A DNA stretch of 64,000 bases from Amoeboaphelidium protococcarum X5 (taxonomy: Eukaryota > Fungi > Aphelidiomycota), in NCBI GenBank assembly GCA_023515725.1, contig JALDTO010000154.1, forward strand, positions 391,484-455,483, written 5' to 3'. Of the stretch, positions 1 to 11,464 are shown one piece after another. The position numbers and the translations under genes were made by a program. The notes below the pieces were generated by a model that worked only from the letters and a program-made list of their open reading frames with translations, was not told where the DNA came from and made no database searches. Numbering within the stretch: position 1 is the first letter of the stretch; each line of letters opens with the position of its first letter.

Positions 1-189
1 CATGTGGGTTAATCGATCATTGGTACACTTTAAAAAAGCTCCAGCAATCTTTTCATTGGGGTCCCCACATAGCCCCTTAATAGCAGAGTAACAGTATAGT
101 ACGAGCATAACGATAAGCAATTACAAAACACTTCTATGATTTAGTGATCAGATGTTAAGCAAGGCGCAATAGAGTCTCTTGCAAGACCT
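1..189 (-). ncRNA. candidate omegaRNA region downstream of the Fanzor2 gene (may extend beyond the window edge)
   Basis: Lies immediately 3' of the Fanzor2 stop codon, where TnpB/Fanzor guide RNAs are encoded. Visible complementary segments: ATGTGGG (2-8) with CCCACAT (64-70), and GCAAG...CTTGC (159-182). The element end is not visible. Confidence 0.3.
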
Positions 190-2411
190 TCATATGGACA
201 TCACGAACTCCTTGTATAGTGTCTAATCCGCTTAGTTCGCAGTAACCAATTTCACTTCTTCCTTAGAAAAACTTCGAGACATAACATTATATGATCCAAC
301 ATTATCCCGATATGCACGAAAATCACCCAACATGAAGTACTCATCAGCACCAAGACAGTTATGTAGCACATTCTGAAACGGATGTTGTTTCGACGTAAAC
401 TCCTCCGTTGTCACGAGCACTTACTTTCCAGATCTAAATATATTAGCTTATGCCATTGCAATAAGTTTCATACGACACTTGTAATGGCTAAACGCCAATA
501 GAGTCTTCCGCGTATTTTTATGGAGAATATGCCCAGAATTTTATTAACCACGCGAGTGTGTTACCAGTACATCGGCCGTATCACTTAGAACGGGAGGTAG
601 ATTCAAACGCTTTCTCCGTTTCTTCACCATCTTAATAGTCAGAAACTCGGGAAGAATGATTAGATCATAATGCCGCATCAAAAAGTTGTCAATTCGGTTA
701 TGCAAATTCGATACATATGCAGAGAATTTGGTGTAAGCACGACCAATGCCAATATCAGTGGGAACAACATTATTCTTTGATTACTTCCAAGTGTGCCATA
801 ATTCTTTCTTCTACGCTTTAAACTCCTCCAGACTCAATTGTCCATTCTGTAAAGCAGCTGCGCGATTATCCATCTAATCTTTCAGAGACTATGCATTGGA
901 AATCTATTCACTCTTATTCTTATAAAGCTACTTGAAATCAGGCGCAATCGCAATGAATGACCTGCGATCCAAATCGAAGACGGTCATGCTCACTTTAACA
1001 CCTGGATCCACCGAGCAAGTGTTTCCAGTTTAACGGCAACGCGCATCACGGCGGCTTATAAATGATCTAGCACCTTCAAGATTCTCATCTGCATTATTCA
1101 TATCTTGCAGTTGCTAGTAATACCAATCAGTGAATGGACCTTATATACAGGAGGCATCATACGAAACAATCACAAAGAACTTTTTTCTTCTTTTCACGAG
1201 CTTGAACTCTCTTCCTCTGCCATAGCCAAACTTGATGAAACGGGGCCAGTAGTCAATCTTGCCAGGCTCTTAGAATAGAGGATCTTTGGCATACAGTTTC
1301 CCAAAGCTCTTGAGGAATGAAGGCAGTAGGCGGACGCGATTGCAATCTGGATCTACACGGGCATCTTACGCTTGAAACTGGAGCATCTAAAACTAATCAT
1401 CATCTCTATTTGGCATAAAGTTGTAGTCTTTGATATCACCCTTTGTATACTTCTCATGAGCCGCATAGTAATACGTGCGAGTCGCATTAATAATCTCATC
1501 TTGCACTGTAGATGGCATTCGCATCCAACGCAATCTTGGGTCGTCATCAGGCACGCGGCACTTTTTGGCTTTGACTTAACTTAGCGCAACATGGTTCCTT
1601 AGCGCTTGTATTGACACCTTTTCTCCTTAATCTCTGGAATCATTCAAAATGTTAATGATGAAATTGACCATTTGAAACTTGAGATCCAGCCATTCATTGA
1701 ATTTGTGTATGAACTTCTTATCAGGGAATATACGAATATTAATCGAGCGTATCTGATCATACTGATTCAGTTCGGCAATCTCTCGCCGATTTTTGGTTTC
1801 ATGTTTTCCAACGCCACTAGAGATTATTCCGAAAGCTGTAGCACTTTCTTCTTCTTCTTCTTCTTCTTCTTCAAACTCTTAGATGACGACTATTACTGCT
1901 TAGATTTCCATTTAGCCATTAGAGAGTCTGTATCTGATGCAATCTACTGATTCCGCATTTTGAATTCAATGATATTCTCAATTTCATGCTGCACCTGACT
2001 AAAACTTTACTTCTCCTGGCTCTCACTTACGTTTTGTCCCATGTCTTTACGATTCAAATTAGGATTGAACTTTGCTGTTAAGGAGTGTTCTGTTTATTAA
2101 GATTACGGTATTTGCCAGTCCTTGTCAGTGCATTTTAACAACAGTCGTTAATTGAACGCGTCTGTGTTGCCATTCCAAACATAATGTCCAAACCATTCAG
2201 ATTTAGTATTATACCAAGGGGCAAATACTGGAGCAAATGCGGCAAATGATGATGCGCCAAGTTCTTTGACTATCCGAATATCAACTTCATTGATCACCTT
2301 AGCACACACGGAGAGAAATCCGGGAATATCTTGATGATATGCTTAAGTTTTGAAATCTTCTAGTACTGTCTTTGCAGCCGCAGATAATTCACGTTTTTGG
2401 CTTGGCTACAT
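190..2411 (-). CDS. Fanzor2 / IS607-TnpB-like RNA-guided RuvC endonuclease. Either one -1 frameshift near 1790, or an intact 573-aa ORF from the ATG at 1911.
   Basis: Table-6 translation gives NIRIFPDKKFIHKFNEWL (TnpB N-terminal motif), CSVDPGVKVSMTVFD (RuvC-I), VSNLHNRIDNFLMRHYDLIILPEF, LHKNTRKTLLAFSHYKCRMKL, VTTEEFTSK (RuvC-II) and YRDNVGSYNV (RuvC-III), then TGA at 190-192. An overlapping upstream frame (2411-1767) supplies an N-terminal extension with a K9 tract. Confidence 0.88.
1846..1872. repeat. (TTC)9 microsatellite, encoding poly-K or poly-E in the Fanzor2 N-terminal region depending on frame
   Basis: Directly visible repeat. Confidence 0.9.
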
Positions 2412-2899
2412 TTTCAAATGATCAGTATTGCGATGAAAGAATTAGAACACTGTCAGTAAGCATTGAATACAATGCAATGATGAGATGTGACACGACCAGT
2501 CATCATTTCATTGTGATATCAATGAGGATGGTCGCAGCTTAAAACCACTCAGGAGTTATTGCTATTGTTAAGGTATTGAGACAAGCTCAGAAGATTGGCA
2601 ATAAAGTAAACGAGTAATTAGATTATTGACTTATATTGAAGAGTATGTAAAAATATATAGAATCTCATTGATAATCGTATTTAAAATAAGACTAACTATC
2701 ATACAAATACTTTATGGATAAAAAATTTCAAAAGGTCTTGGTGCACGAATGATTGATTCATGCTTTTTTATGAGCTCAGGGCGTGAAAATTCTCAAAAGA
2801 TCTGCATGTGTTTTAAGAAGTCGTGATGAGATCGATTATCAATTGTCTCTTCTTGTATCGTATAAAATCAATTTTTTACAAAATTATTACAAGATATAA

Positions 2900-3532
2900 A
2901 TGTAGCTCTTACTATCGATTTTGGCTCAAATCATGATTGTGTAGGTGTGCGTGATGGGGGACTCGACTATCAATTGGGATAGCTAGGCGCCTCAACAAGA
3001 AGGTGATTTGCATCAGAATGTCGATGGCACTCATGATGCACAATAAGGCGGCTAATAAGCATTAAATTGTCCATATTGGGCCTTGAAGGATTCTAGTTTA
3101 CTTCACGCGTAATTGCTATATTTTCAATTCATGCAGTCGAATTTTGTTTAGCTCGGCGGTTGTCTGGATCGACAGGTAGAGGTACGGGCGGGCACCGTTT
3201 GCTACACTGTGATTAAGACGAAGCAAATCGATCTAGAAACTGTCTTGGAAGCTTTCGTTGTCGCGTATCAAGAGGTTGAGGCTGGGATACGTCCTTGTAA
3301 TATCATATAGTATCATGATTCTCTCCAGTACCTCTCTATGATAACTCACAATTTGCAAGCGATTGAATAGGCCTTCTTGGAATTAAATGACGCGGTAAAT
3401 AACTTGGCTCAAGTCGACTTGCAGTGGTTCGCTTTTCGTTACGCTAATGCAAAGCAACTGGCCGCGTTTTAAGACTATCTCAATGATCAGGCTGAGAGTT
3501 TGGGAATAATCTAAACCTCCCTTGAGCAGTGA
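2900..3532 (+). CDS. hypothetical secreted protein (210 aa)
   Basis: Open in table 6 from ATG 2900 to TGA 3530-3532. Signal-peptide-like start MQLLLSILAQIMIVQVCVMG. No recognisable domain. Confidence 0.65.
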
Positions 3533-3770
3533 TCGAAATTGCTTTTACCGGATAAATGAATGTGATAATTGATTTTAGTTTGAGAAATAGATAAAATAAG
3601 GTAAATTTAGAGTTCGATTATAGCACTTGTTTTAACAGCGCGTTCAAAAGCTTCGAGCTTTGAAAAAGTCGCGCGATCTTTCCTTTTGTTTATTCAGAGG
3701 ACAATTCATAAAGGACTAACCATCCATAGTGGTAATAAAGAGTGGTGACTATCTACTCAGTATACAGAAT

Positions 3771-5528
3771 ATGTTGGACTCCGTTTGCATCACGTCATGT
3801 TCTGGAGTCGTTTTGTATAGAAAAGATTATGTGGAGTTGAAAGAGGACTACGTGGCCCGGTTCATTGTGGAGTAGTTTATTGAGGCAGTTGCCTAGAAGG
3901 ATGGCACCACGCTTATGGACTAATACCAGCTATATGGATATCATGACAGGCAATTGGATTTATTCTTGGTGATGTGCTGGAATAAATCTATCATGAACAC
4001 GTATGTCCCCAAACTGGTGCAACTATTGCGTAAACATTTGAAGAGTGGTAAACTGGTTGATGAAGCTCTGCTTAATGGTCATTTTGAGACAGTTAAACGG
4101 AATATTGAGAAGGTTCTACCACTTTTAATACGTTCCGCTGAATAGTTGGATGAGAAAGACAAAGGCAAAGCAAAGTCATTCCAAGATTCTTCCAAGTTCA
4201 TGTCGAGTGCCAGTGGAGCAAGTTCTGTGGTTGCAGGCTCCTCCTCTTAATCACCATATTAGTAGTAAAAGCCTAGAAAGTTTGAGAAAAAGAACAAGAC
4301 CAAATCCGATGGTAATTAAGATGAGTAGAAGGCTAAGGCAAAGGGAAAATAGAAAAGAGTATGGGATGATACAGTAAATGATGAAGTTATCAATGCATTA
4401 GACTTTTCTGATTAACGCTAAGGTGCTACATTTAAAGAAGTTGATGCATCTGACATTGTGGATGAAGAAGTTCTGAGTAGAATGTAAAAGGCTCGGACTG
4501 CAGCTGGTGTTGATCTTTTAGAAATGGATCAAGTGTCTGCTGATGACGAGGACGATAAAGATTTAGGTGCTTCTGGAAAGACCTCATTGTTCAATTTTCT
4601 ACCTCAGCTCTCATTGAATTAAAAGTTGGATAAAGTCTAATTACAGCCTACATTACAGGCAATGATGGAGCACTTGATATCTAAGAATGTGGCAAAAGAT
4701 GTAGCTGAACATCTTTGTTAATCAGTCGAGAACGCTCTAGTAGGAACATAGATTGGTACATTTACTACCTTGAAGTCTGCTGTTAGATCGGCTGTCCAAG
4801 ATGCTGTGCGATAGTTGCTGACTCCTAAGAATACGACTGACATTCTGCTCGATATCAAGTAAACTTACCTCAAACAAAAGAGACCATACGTTTTGGCGTT
4901 CATTGGTGTTAATGGAGTGGGCAAGTCTACAAACTTGAGCAAGGTGTGCTTCTGGTTACTGCAGAACAACTTTAAGATTCTAATTGCGGCGTGTGATACT
5001 TTTAGAAGTGGTGCTGTGGAGCAGTTGAACACTCATGTCAGGAATCTCACATCGGTTGTACCAGGCGCGTAACTTGAACTATTTTAGAGGGGATATGGCA
5101 AAGATGCTGCCCAAATAGCTAAAGATGCAATATCACATGCAGCGAGCAATGGATTCGATGTCGTGATGATTGATACAGCTGGCCGAATGTAGGATAATGA
5201 GCCGCTTATGCGTTCCCTGGCCAAGCTGGTATCTGTAAATCGCCCTGATAAGTTGATATTTGTCGGTGAGGCTCTAGTTGGAAATGAGGCGATTGATCAA
5301 TTGACGCGATTTAACAAAGCCCTCAAAGATTTCTGTACAGACCCGTCACCTCGTCAAATTGATGGAGTTCTCTTGACCAAGTTTGACACTGTGGATGACA
5401 AGGTTGGCGCTGCTCTCACAATGACGTTCGTGACTGGTAAACCGATTTTCTTTATAGGCACAGGATAAACTTACACTGACCTCAAGAAGATGAACATTAA
5501 GCAAATCACATAACTGCTACTGAGTTGA
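3771..5528 (+). CDS. SRP101: signal recognition particle receptor alpha subunit
   Basis: Motifs [46 protein letters not shown] and GTGQTY. Single 585-aa ORF in table 6. Confidence 0.96.
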
Positions 5529-5973
5529 ATAGATTACACATTGTGATTATTTCCTTTCTTAATATATTCTTTGTGCGTAAGAGTGGAGATAACAAATTTT
5601 AATCGCTGAGTAGATAAAAGAAGCACCAAACCGAGATAAGGCGAGTAAATGGTTGTTAAGATCGCGCCTTCATAAGATCGCGCGCTCATAACTATATACG
5701 TCCTAATACTGTATATCAATAAAATGTAAACTAAACGTGAGTCATAGTGTGGTACATGTTTATACATCATAGATGATCAGTGCTCACATATAGCTAATCC
5801 CTCTCGCGCTTATTTGAAGTAAAAAGATTTTAAATTTTCGCGTTTAGATCAACCTTACTTTTACTTGTGAACGAGACGGGTGTGTAAAGTTGGCTGTCAT
5901 TTGATTCATTTTCTGAAAAACCAACTGTTTGCTGCTCATCGCTGGTAGAATCAACAAATAAAAATTAATTTCA

Positions 5974-6819
<846 letters not shown>

Positions 6820-6933
6820 ATCAAATTAAATAGATTAAACCGCTTTAGGCGATATAGATTTAGTTTTTTTAAATGTAAACACAAATATCAAGAATCAATA
6901 CAGAATTCAACAATATATTACAATTTCATAGTA

Positions 6934-7827
6934 TCAGTGACGCGTCAAATACTCTGGTGGGGCATTGTCATACTCTTTCATAAAGAACTTGCTCTGATTC
7001 TTTGCCAGATACTCAACGATGGACGTCATTTAGTCTCTCAACAACAATAAAGAATCCTAGTCCATAGTGGTATGAGCCACAAGTGAAGGCATTTATACAA
7101 ACAATCGCAGCAAATGTTCCGCACCATAGAAGACTGACGGAGAAGTGAGACAATCCGGATTCTATTTGATAAAATCAGCGTATTGCAGTCTCTCCTACCT
7201 GTATAGCAATATGTTGCCCAATGCACGGTCAAAGTATACCTACAGGCCAGCTACTACTTCAGCGATGATATCCTTCTATAACTGCAACTTGACTTTCTAT
7301 ACTTCTTACTCTTTATACTCTTACAGTACTTGTTAAACGTTGGGCTGACGAGGCAGAGACACAAGCCGCTACTCTTTAGTGATATACTCCCAGTCATCCA
7401 CCAGCTGCACCTTTAGAATATCCGGAATGGTGAGCTAGATCTCTGGTCGTTTCAAATAATCAGCTTCACTCTCCACCGATGTTTCCCTTTAGCTGGAGAA
7501 CTGATTAGTATGTTTACGTTTAGTAGCGGCATTAGACTATGCACCATCGCCGCCACCCTTCTCACCTTCATCCCTTCGAATGGCATGAATCGCTTGCAGG
7601 TCCTTCTAACGGGCCAGATTCTCCTCATTGATCTTGCATATCCTGCTCTCAGGTACCCATTCATCCCATTTCTACTTCCAACCTTTATAATGTACAAAGT
7701 AGTGATTACCCTCATTCTCGCCGTGGTCCAGTGCACTCCAGTACTCAGCCTTCAGAATTTTAGCTTCATACATCAGCGGGCCATGGAAACAGAGCACATT
7801 CTCATCCTTCTTATACACAGTATCCAT
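6934..7827 (-). CDS. EAF3: MRG-family chromodomain protein Eaf3/MRG15
   Basis: ENVLCFHGPLMYEAKIL and HYKGWKQKWDEWVP chromo barrel. MRG domain includes LVDDWEYITK, YFDRALGNILLYR and the C-terminal YDNAPPEY. Confidence 0.93.
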
Positions 7828-8053
7828 CACCCAAATATAAGCCAGTAATTAGAATGAGGATCTCGCTGAGACTATAGAATGTGACAACAGGAGTAAAAGC
7901 AATGAAACTTTGAATGTAACTGAATTGGAGCAGCGCGTTGAAAGAGACAAGAGAGACTACAGGCATTAGAATGCGCGTCTTTAAGACTAGTAAATGTAAA
8001 TTCAGGATATAAAATAAATGACTAAGCAAAAATTAATCGGAACTGAACTATAT

Positions 8054-8323
8054 TCAATCATCTTCAGGTATATCATCAGTATCAGAGTTTTTATCATCTG
8101 AATGCTCAAGAGTACCTTGTGCTGATGATGCGCGTTCTTCATTTACAACCGCCGTGAGTTTCTCATTCACTTTCTATTAAAACTCTTTCAGAGAGGACAC
8201 TAGATTCTAGCTTACATCATCTTGAGTCTTTCCACTACCTATTTATCCACTCATTTATTGCGTAATTATGAAATTGCTATCATGCTTGATATCATCTTGA
8301 TAACGCGCTTCAAACCGAGACAT
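8054..8323 (-). CDS. small acidic protein, Gon7 (KEOPS subunit)-like
   Basis: 89-aa table-6 ORF. LVSSLKEFQQKVNEKLTAVVNEE followed by an acidic tail resembles the Gon7 pattern; assignment is by recollection only. Confidence 0.5.
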
Positions 8324-8477
8324 TTCGCTACCAGCAATTAGAGCTATAGTGTGTTGGTGAATTCAATAATCGCAATGAGTTACACGATTACTAAGGAGAG
8401 GCCGTTCGCTTAATCAAAACATGAATTTCAAAGCCGAAAAGATAAATAAGGACACTAATTACGTTTTATAATCGATA

Positions 8478-9929
8478 TCATTAAGTTTTAAATGCCTTAC
8501 TTATTGCTTTAGAGTACCAGTAATTGTGATTTAGATCAATGTTAAACTTTCTGGCCAGATCGAAGGTGGAATACAACAGTTTCCATCCAACCAGCCTTCT
8601 TTATGCATTCCTGCAGCCACCAAAATCTTTTTGCATGTCTCTATCTATAGGAAACTGCGAACATATTTAAGATCCCAGGTATATGGAGTTCTACAAGAAA
8701 TGAACCTGTTTACGATGTGCGCGTTTGCTCAATCCATCATCACAGTCAAGATTAGATTGCACCATATGAAGAGCTTATATAAGCTTAGATGTAATACGAG
8801 CAGGGATTACAGATACATTCGAATTTAGTCTAAGACGCGCCAAATAGTCATAATAGACATATGAATTGCGTTCATCAACCACTGGATATTCTCTCTCCAA
8901 TTATTACAGCAGTTAAATGGTCGAAGTCTACGATAGAGGCAACTCAGATAGGATTCTCTAATGCGTTGATAGTTTGACTGAAGATCCCAACTCTATCAAC
9001 TTTAACGCCAATGGGAGCTGGTTCTTCTAAACCATAGATGATATCAGAGTATACTAAATCTATGAACTTCTAAGCTATTGAGGAGAACTTAATACTCTGA
9101 GAACTGGATGAACTACGCCTTAACTATCTTTAACTCGAGGAAGCATCTTATCCACGACATCTATATGTTCAAGCAGTGATGATGTTAATACAGAACTATC
9201 ATTGTTCTTGCTCTAATCCAAGGCACATCTTACTAACTGCTTATTCATAACTCTATCTTCCTACGAGAGTAAATCCTCATTTACAGAGAGCCTAATATCC
9301 ACCAACTTGGCCAACGTTGCAGCATTAAAATCAGTAAAGTCACTCATGTCCATCATGTTCATAGCCAGATTAATCAATTTCACTTTATCTAAAGAAGTTA
9401 TATTCTACATCTGTGTGACATTCTACACCAGGGCCTGTACAAGAGAGACGCGTTCCCTGGCAATGAGATTAGCATTAAGCGGCTAATACTACTAGAATAT
9501 TCCAATTATATCGCGCACTTGACCCTGAAATTAATCGGCACCATCAGTATCTACAGCCGCAGCATTTCTTATCCCATCAACACCCACTCTGTGCAGCAGT
9601 GAATAATTTCTCAAAGCATCGTGTTTTCTACTAGAGTCACTGCGGTCTTCTCTGCTTATCAGCGATCGATTGTCAACAATAGCCTTGACACTATATCGAA
9701 TCAAATCGGATCTCTTATGATAGCTGAGAATCTCAAAGTACGTTCGTAAGATCTTGTGAACTTGGTACTGAGGTAGCGCCTATCTCTATCCAACTTCGAG
9801 CCACTGGCAAAGAAGAGACCGGGTGACAGTTGTCTACTCAGCAGATGACAAGCTCTTGAATGAATTCAGCATACCGCGGCCCCATTTCTACAGTCCAGCA
9901 TTAACAACCGCGTTCAAAGATGTAGTCAT
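8478..9929 (-). CDS. hypothetical protein (483 aa), possibly mitochondrial and helical
   Basis: Open in table 6 from ATG 9929 to TGA 8478. N-terminus is basic and poor in acidic residues. No motif recognised. Confidence 0.7.
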
Positions 9930-10253
9930 TGTCCGGCGCGGTATAATTTTTGATTTTAGATATTTCTATAGATAACCTTTTTTTACCCGCAACAATTGGG
10001 TCCCCTCAAAAGAGAAAGCTAGTAGGAAAATTGTTCTTTTGCTGAGGCCAAGCGCGCGAGTTCTTTCTTCAACAGAAGACATCAGTAACAGAACGGAGAA
10101 TAAGAAAGAGCCCAACAATTTATTGACGCGATCGCCTGAGCTTGACTTTCACACAATTTTTAAGCGTTCGTTAGGTGTTAATATCTGCAGAGTTTAAAGT
10201 TTACCAGTACATTACTAATACTACAATTTAGCAGATTGCTAAATTTTTTAATT

Positions 10254-11021
10254 ATGGCGGATAAGTCTGTGTAAATACGTGCTTAGATGAAAGATTCAGA
10301 ATATGTGAATCGACTCTATGGTTAGATTAAAGATCATATGCCGAGGAAGTGGTTAGCTCTTGGTCCGTTGGTAGCTCGACTAATATATCTTTTGTTGCTG
10401 AGGTGTAATTAACGGTATGATGGATAGACGTTGGGAGAGGAGTTCACGGGCTTGTCCCTAAGCAACTGGAGTGTGATCAAGCTAGGAGTTTCCGCGTTGA
10501 TTGATACTGCTCTGTAAAGTCTTGATGGGTCTAATGTTTGGCTCAGATGCTTCAAGATTGCGGTGATGCTTGACATGTTTCAGGATTTTAAAATTACAAA
10601 CTCCATACTGAATATGCGATATCAGTCTTCATCTCAATTAAGTAAGCTTAACTCTAAGAATATCTATTTTGTGTGCGGTCTGCTGTCTTATACTGCCCTT
10701 GTTTTAAATACAATTAAAACGCGTCATAACTTAACTCCTTCCTCTGCACAGTCTGCACTTTATCAAGGTGATCATCTCCTGGTTCATTCAGAAACTGATA
10801 GTCCACCTAATGACTCGAGTAAATGTATTCTCTGTCTGACATCGCCTATAGTGTATGGGTAAAAAGGCATAACTGTATGCGGTCATGTCTTTTGCTGGAA
10901 GTGTATAATGGAGTGGGTCGTTCAGTTTCCGTTCTGTCCCGTCTGCAAGCGATCCTTTAGAGTAACATCGGAATCAGACGTAGTTGACTTATCTTGCATC
11001 ATCAAATGTTTAAATTACTGA
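10254..11021 (+). CDS. PEX10: peroxin Pex10 (RING E3 ligase)
   Basis: IRAQMKD and GQTLGEEF (Pex2/Pex12 N-terminal domain motifs), plus C3HC4 RING CILC...CGHVFCWKC...CPVC. Confidence 0.85.
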
Positions 11022-11348
11022 TTATTTTGTCTGAACGTTTACTTAATTCGTTACCTTATTGCTATTTCAATTTGATACAGACGGTCTTAAAACTTACACT
11101 TCAAAGCATGTCGTGTTTTTCCGGGTGTATAGAGTTTTGCCTTTGTTTAAACAGCGCATCCGAAATAAAGGCTGATGAATTTGCTCTTATTACTCGAGGA
11201 TATTGCAATATTCCTATGACAAAAGAACAATTTTCTATAATCAATTCAGATTAACAGTTTACCCGTCACACTTTACTGTGGATGACACTAATCCAGATGA
11301 TCAATCTGCGGCAAATTATATGGTTATACGCCTAGTCGGGAAAAAATT

Positions 11349-11381
11349 ATATCGCTGCCGACCGCAGGTCGGTTGCGATAT
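11349..11381. repeat. GC-rich hairpin downstream of the transposase gene
   Basis: ATATCGC-tg-CCGACC gca GGTCGG-tt-GCGATAT inverted repeat. Confidence 0.75.
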
Positions 11382-11464
11382 TTTATACGGATTTCAAGGG
11401 ATGAGTAAGAAGAAACCGAAGATCTGCGATCATATCCACTCAATTACTCAATCAGTTCATAAAA

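Noticed and set aside
1767-2411. Upstream ORF as an IS607 TnpA serine recombinase
   Set aside because: No YxRVS catalytic motif or MerR-like HTH. It reads better as the Fanzor N-terminal extension.
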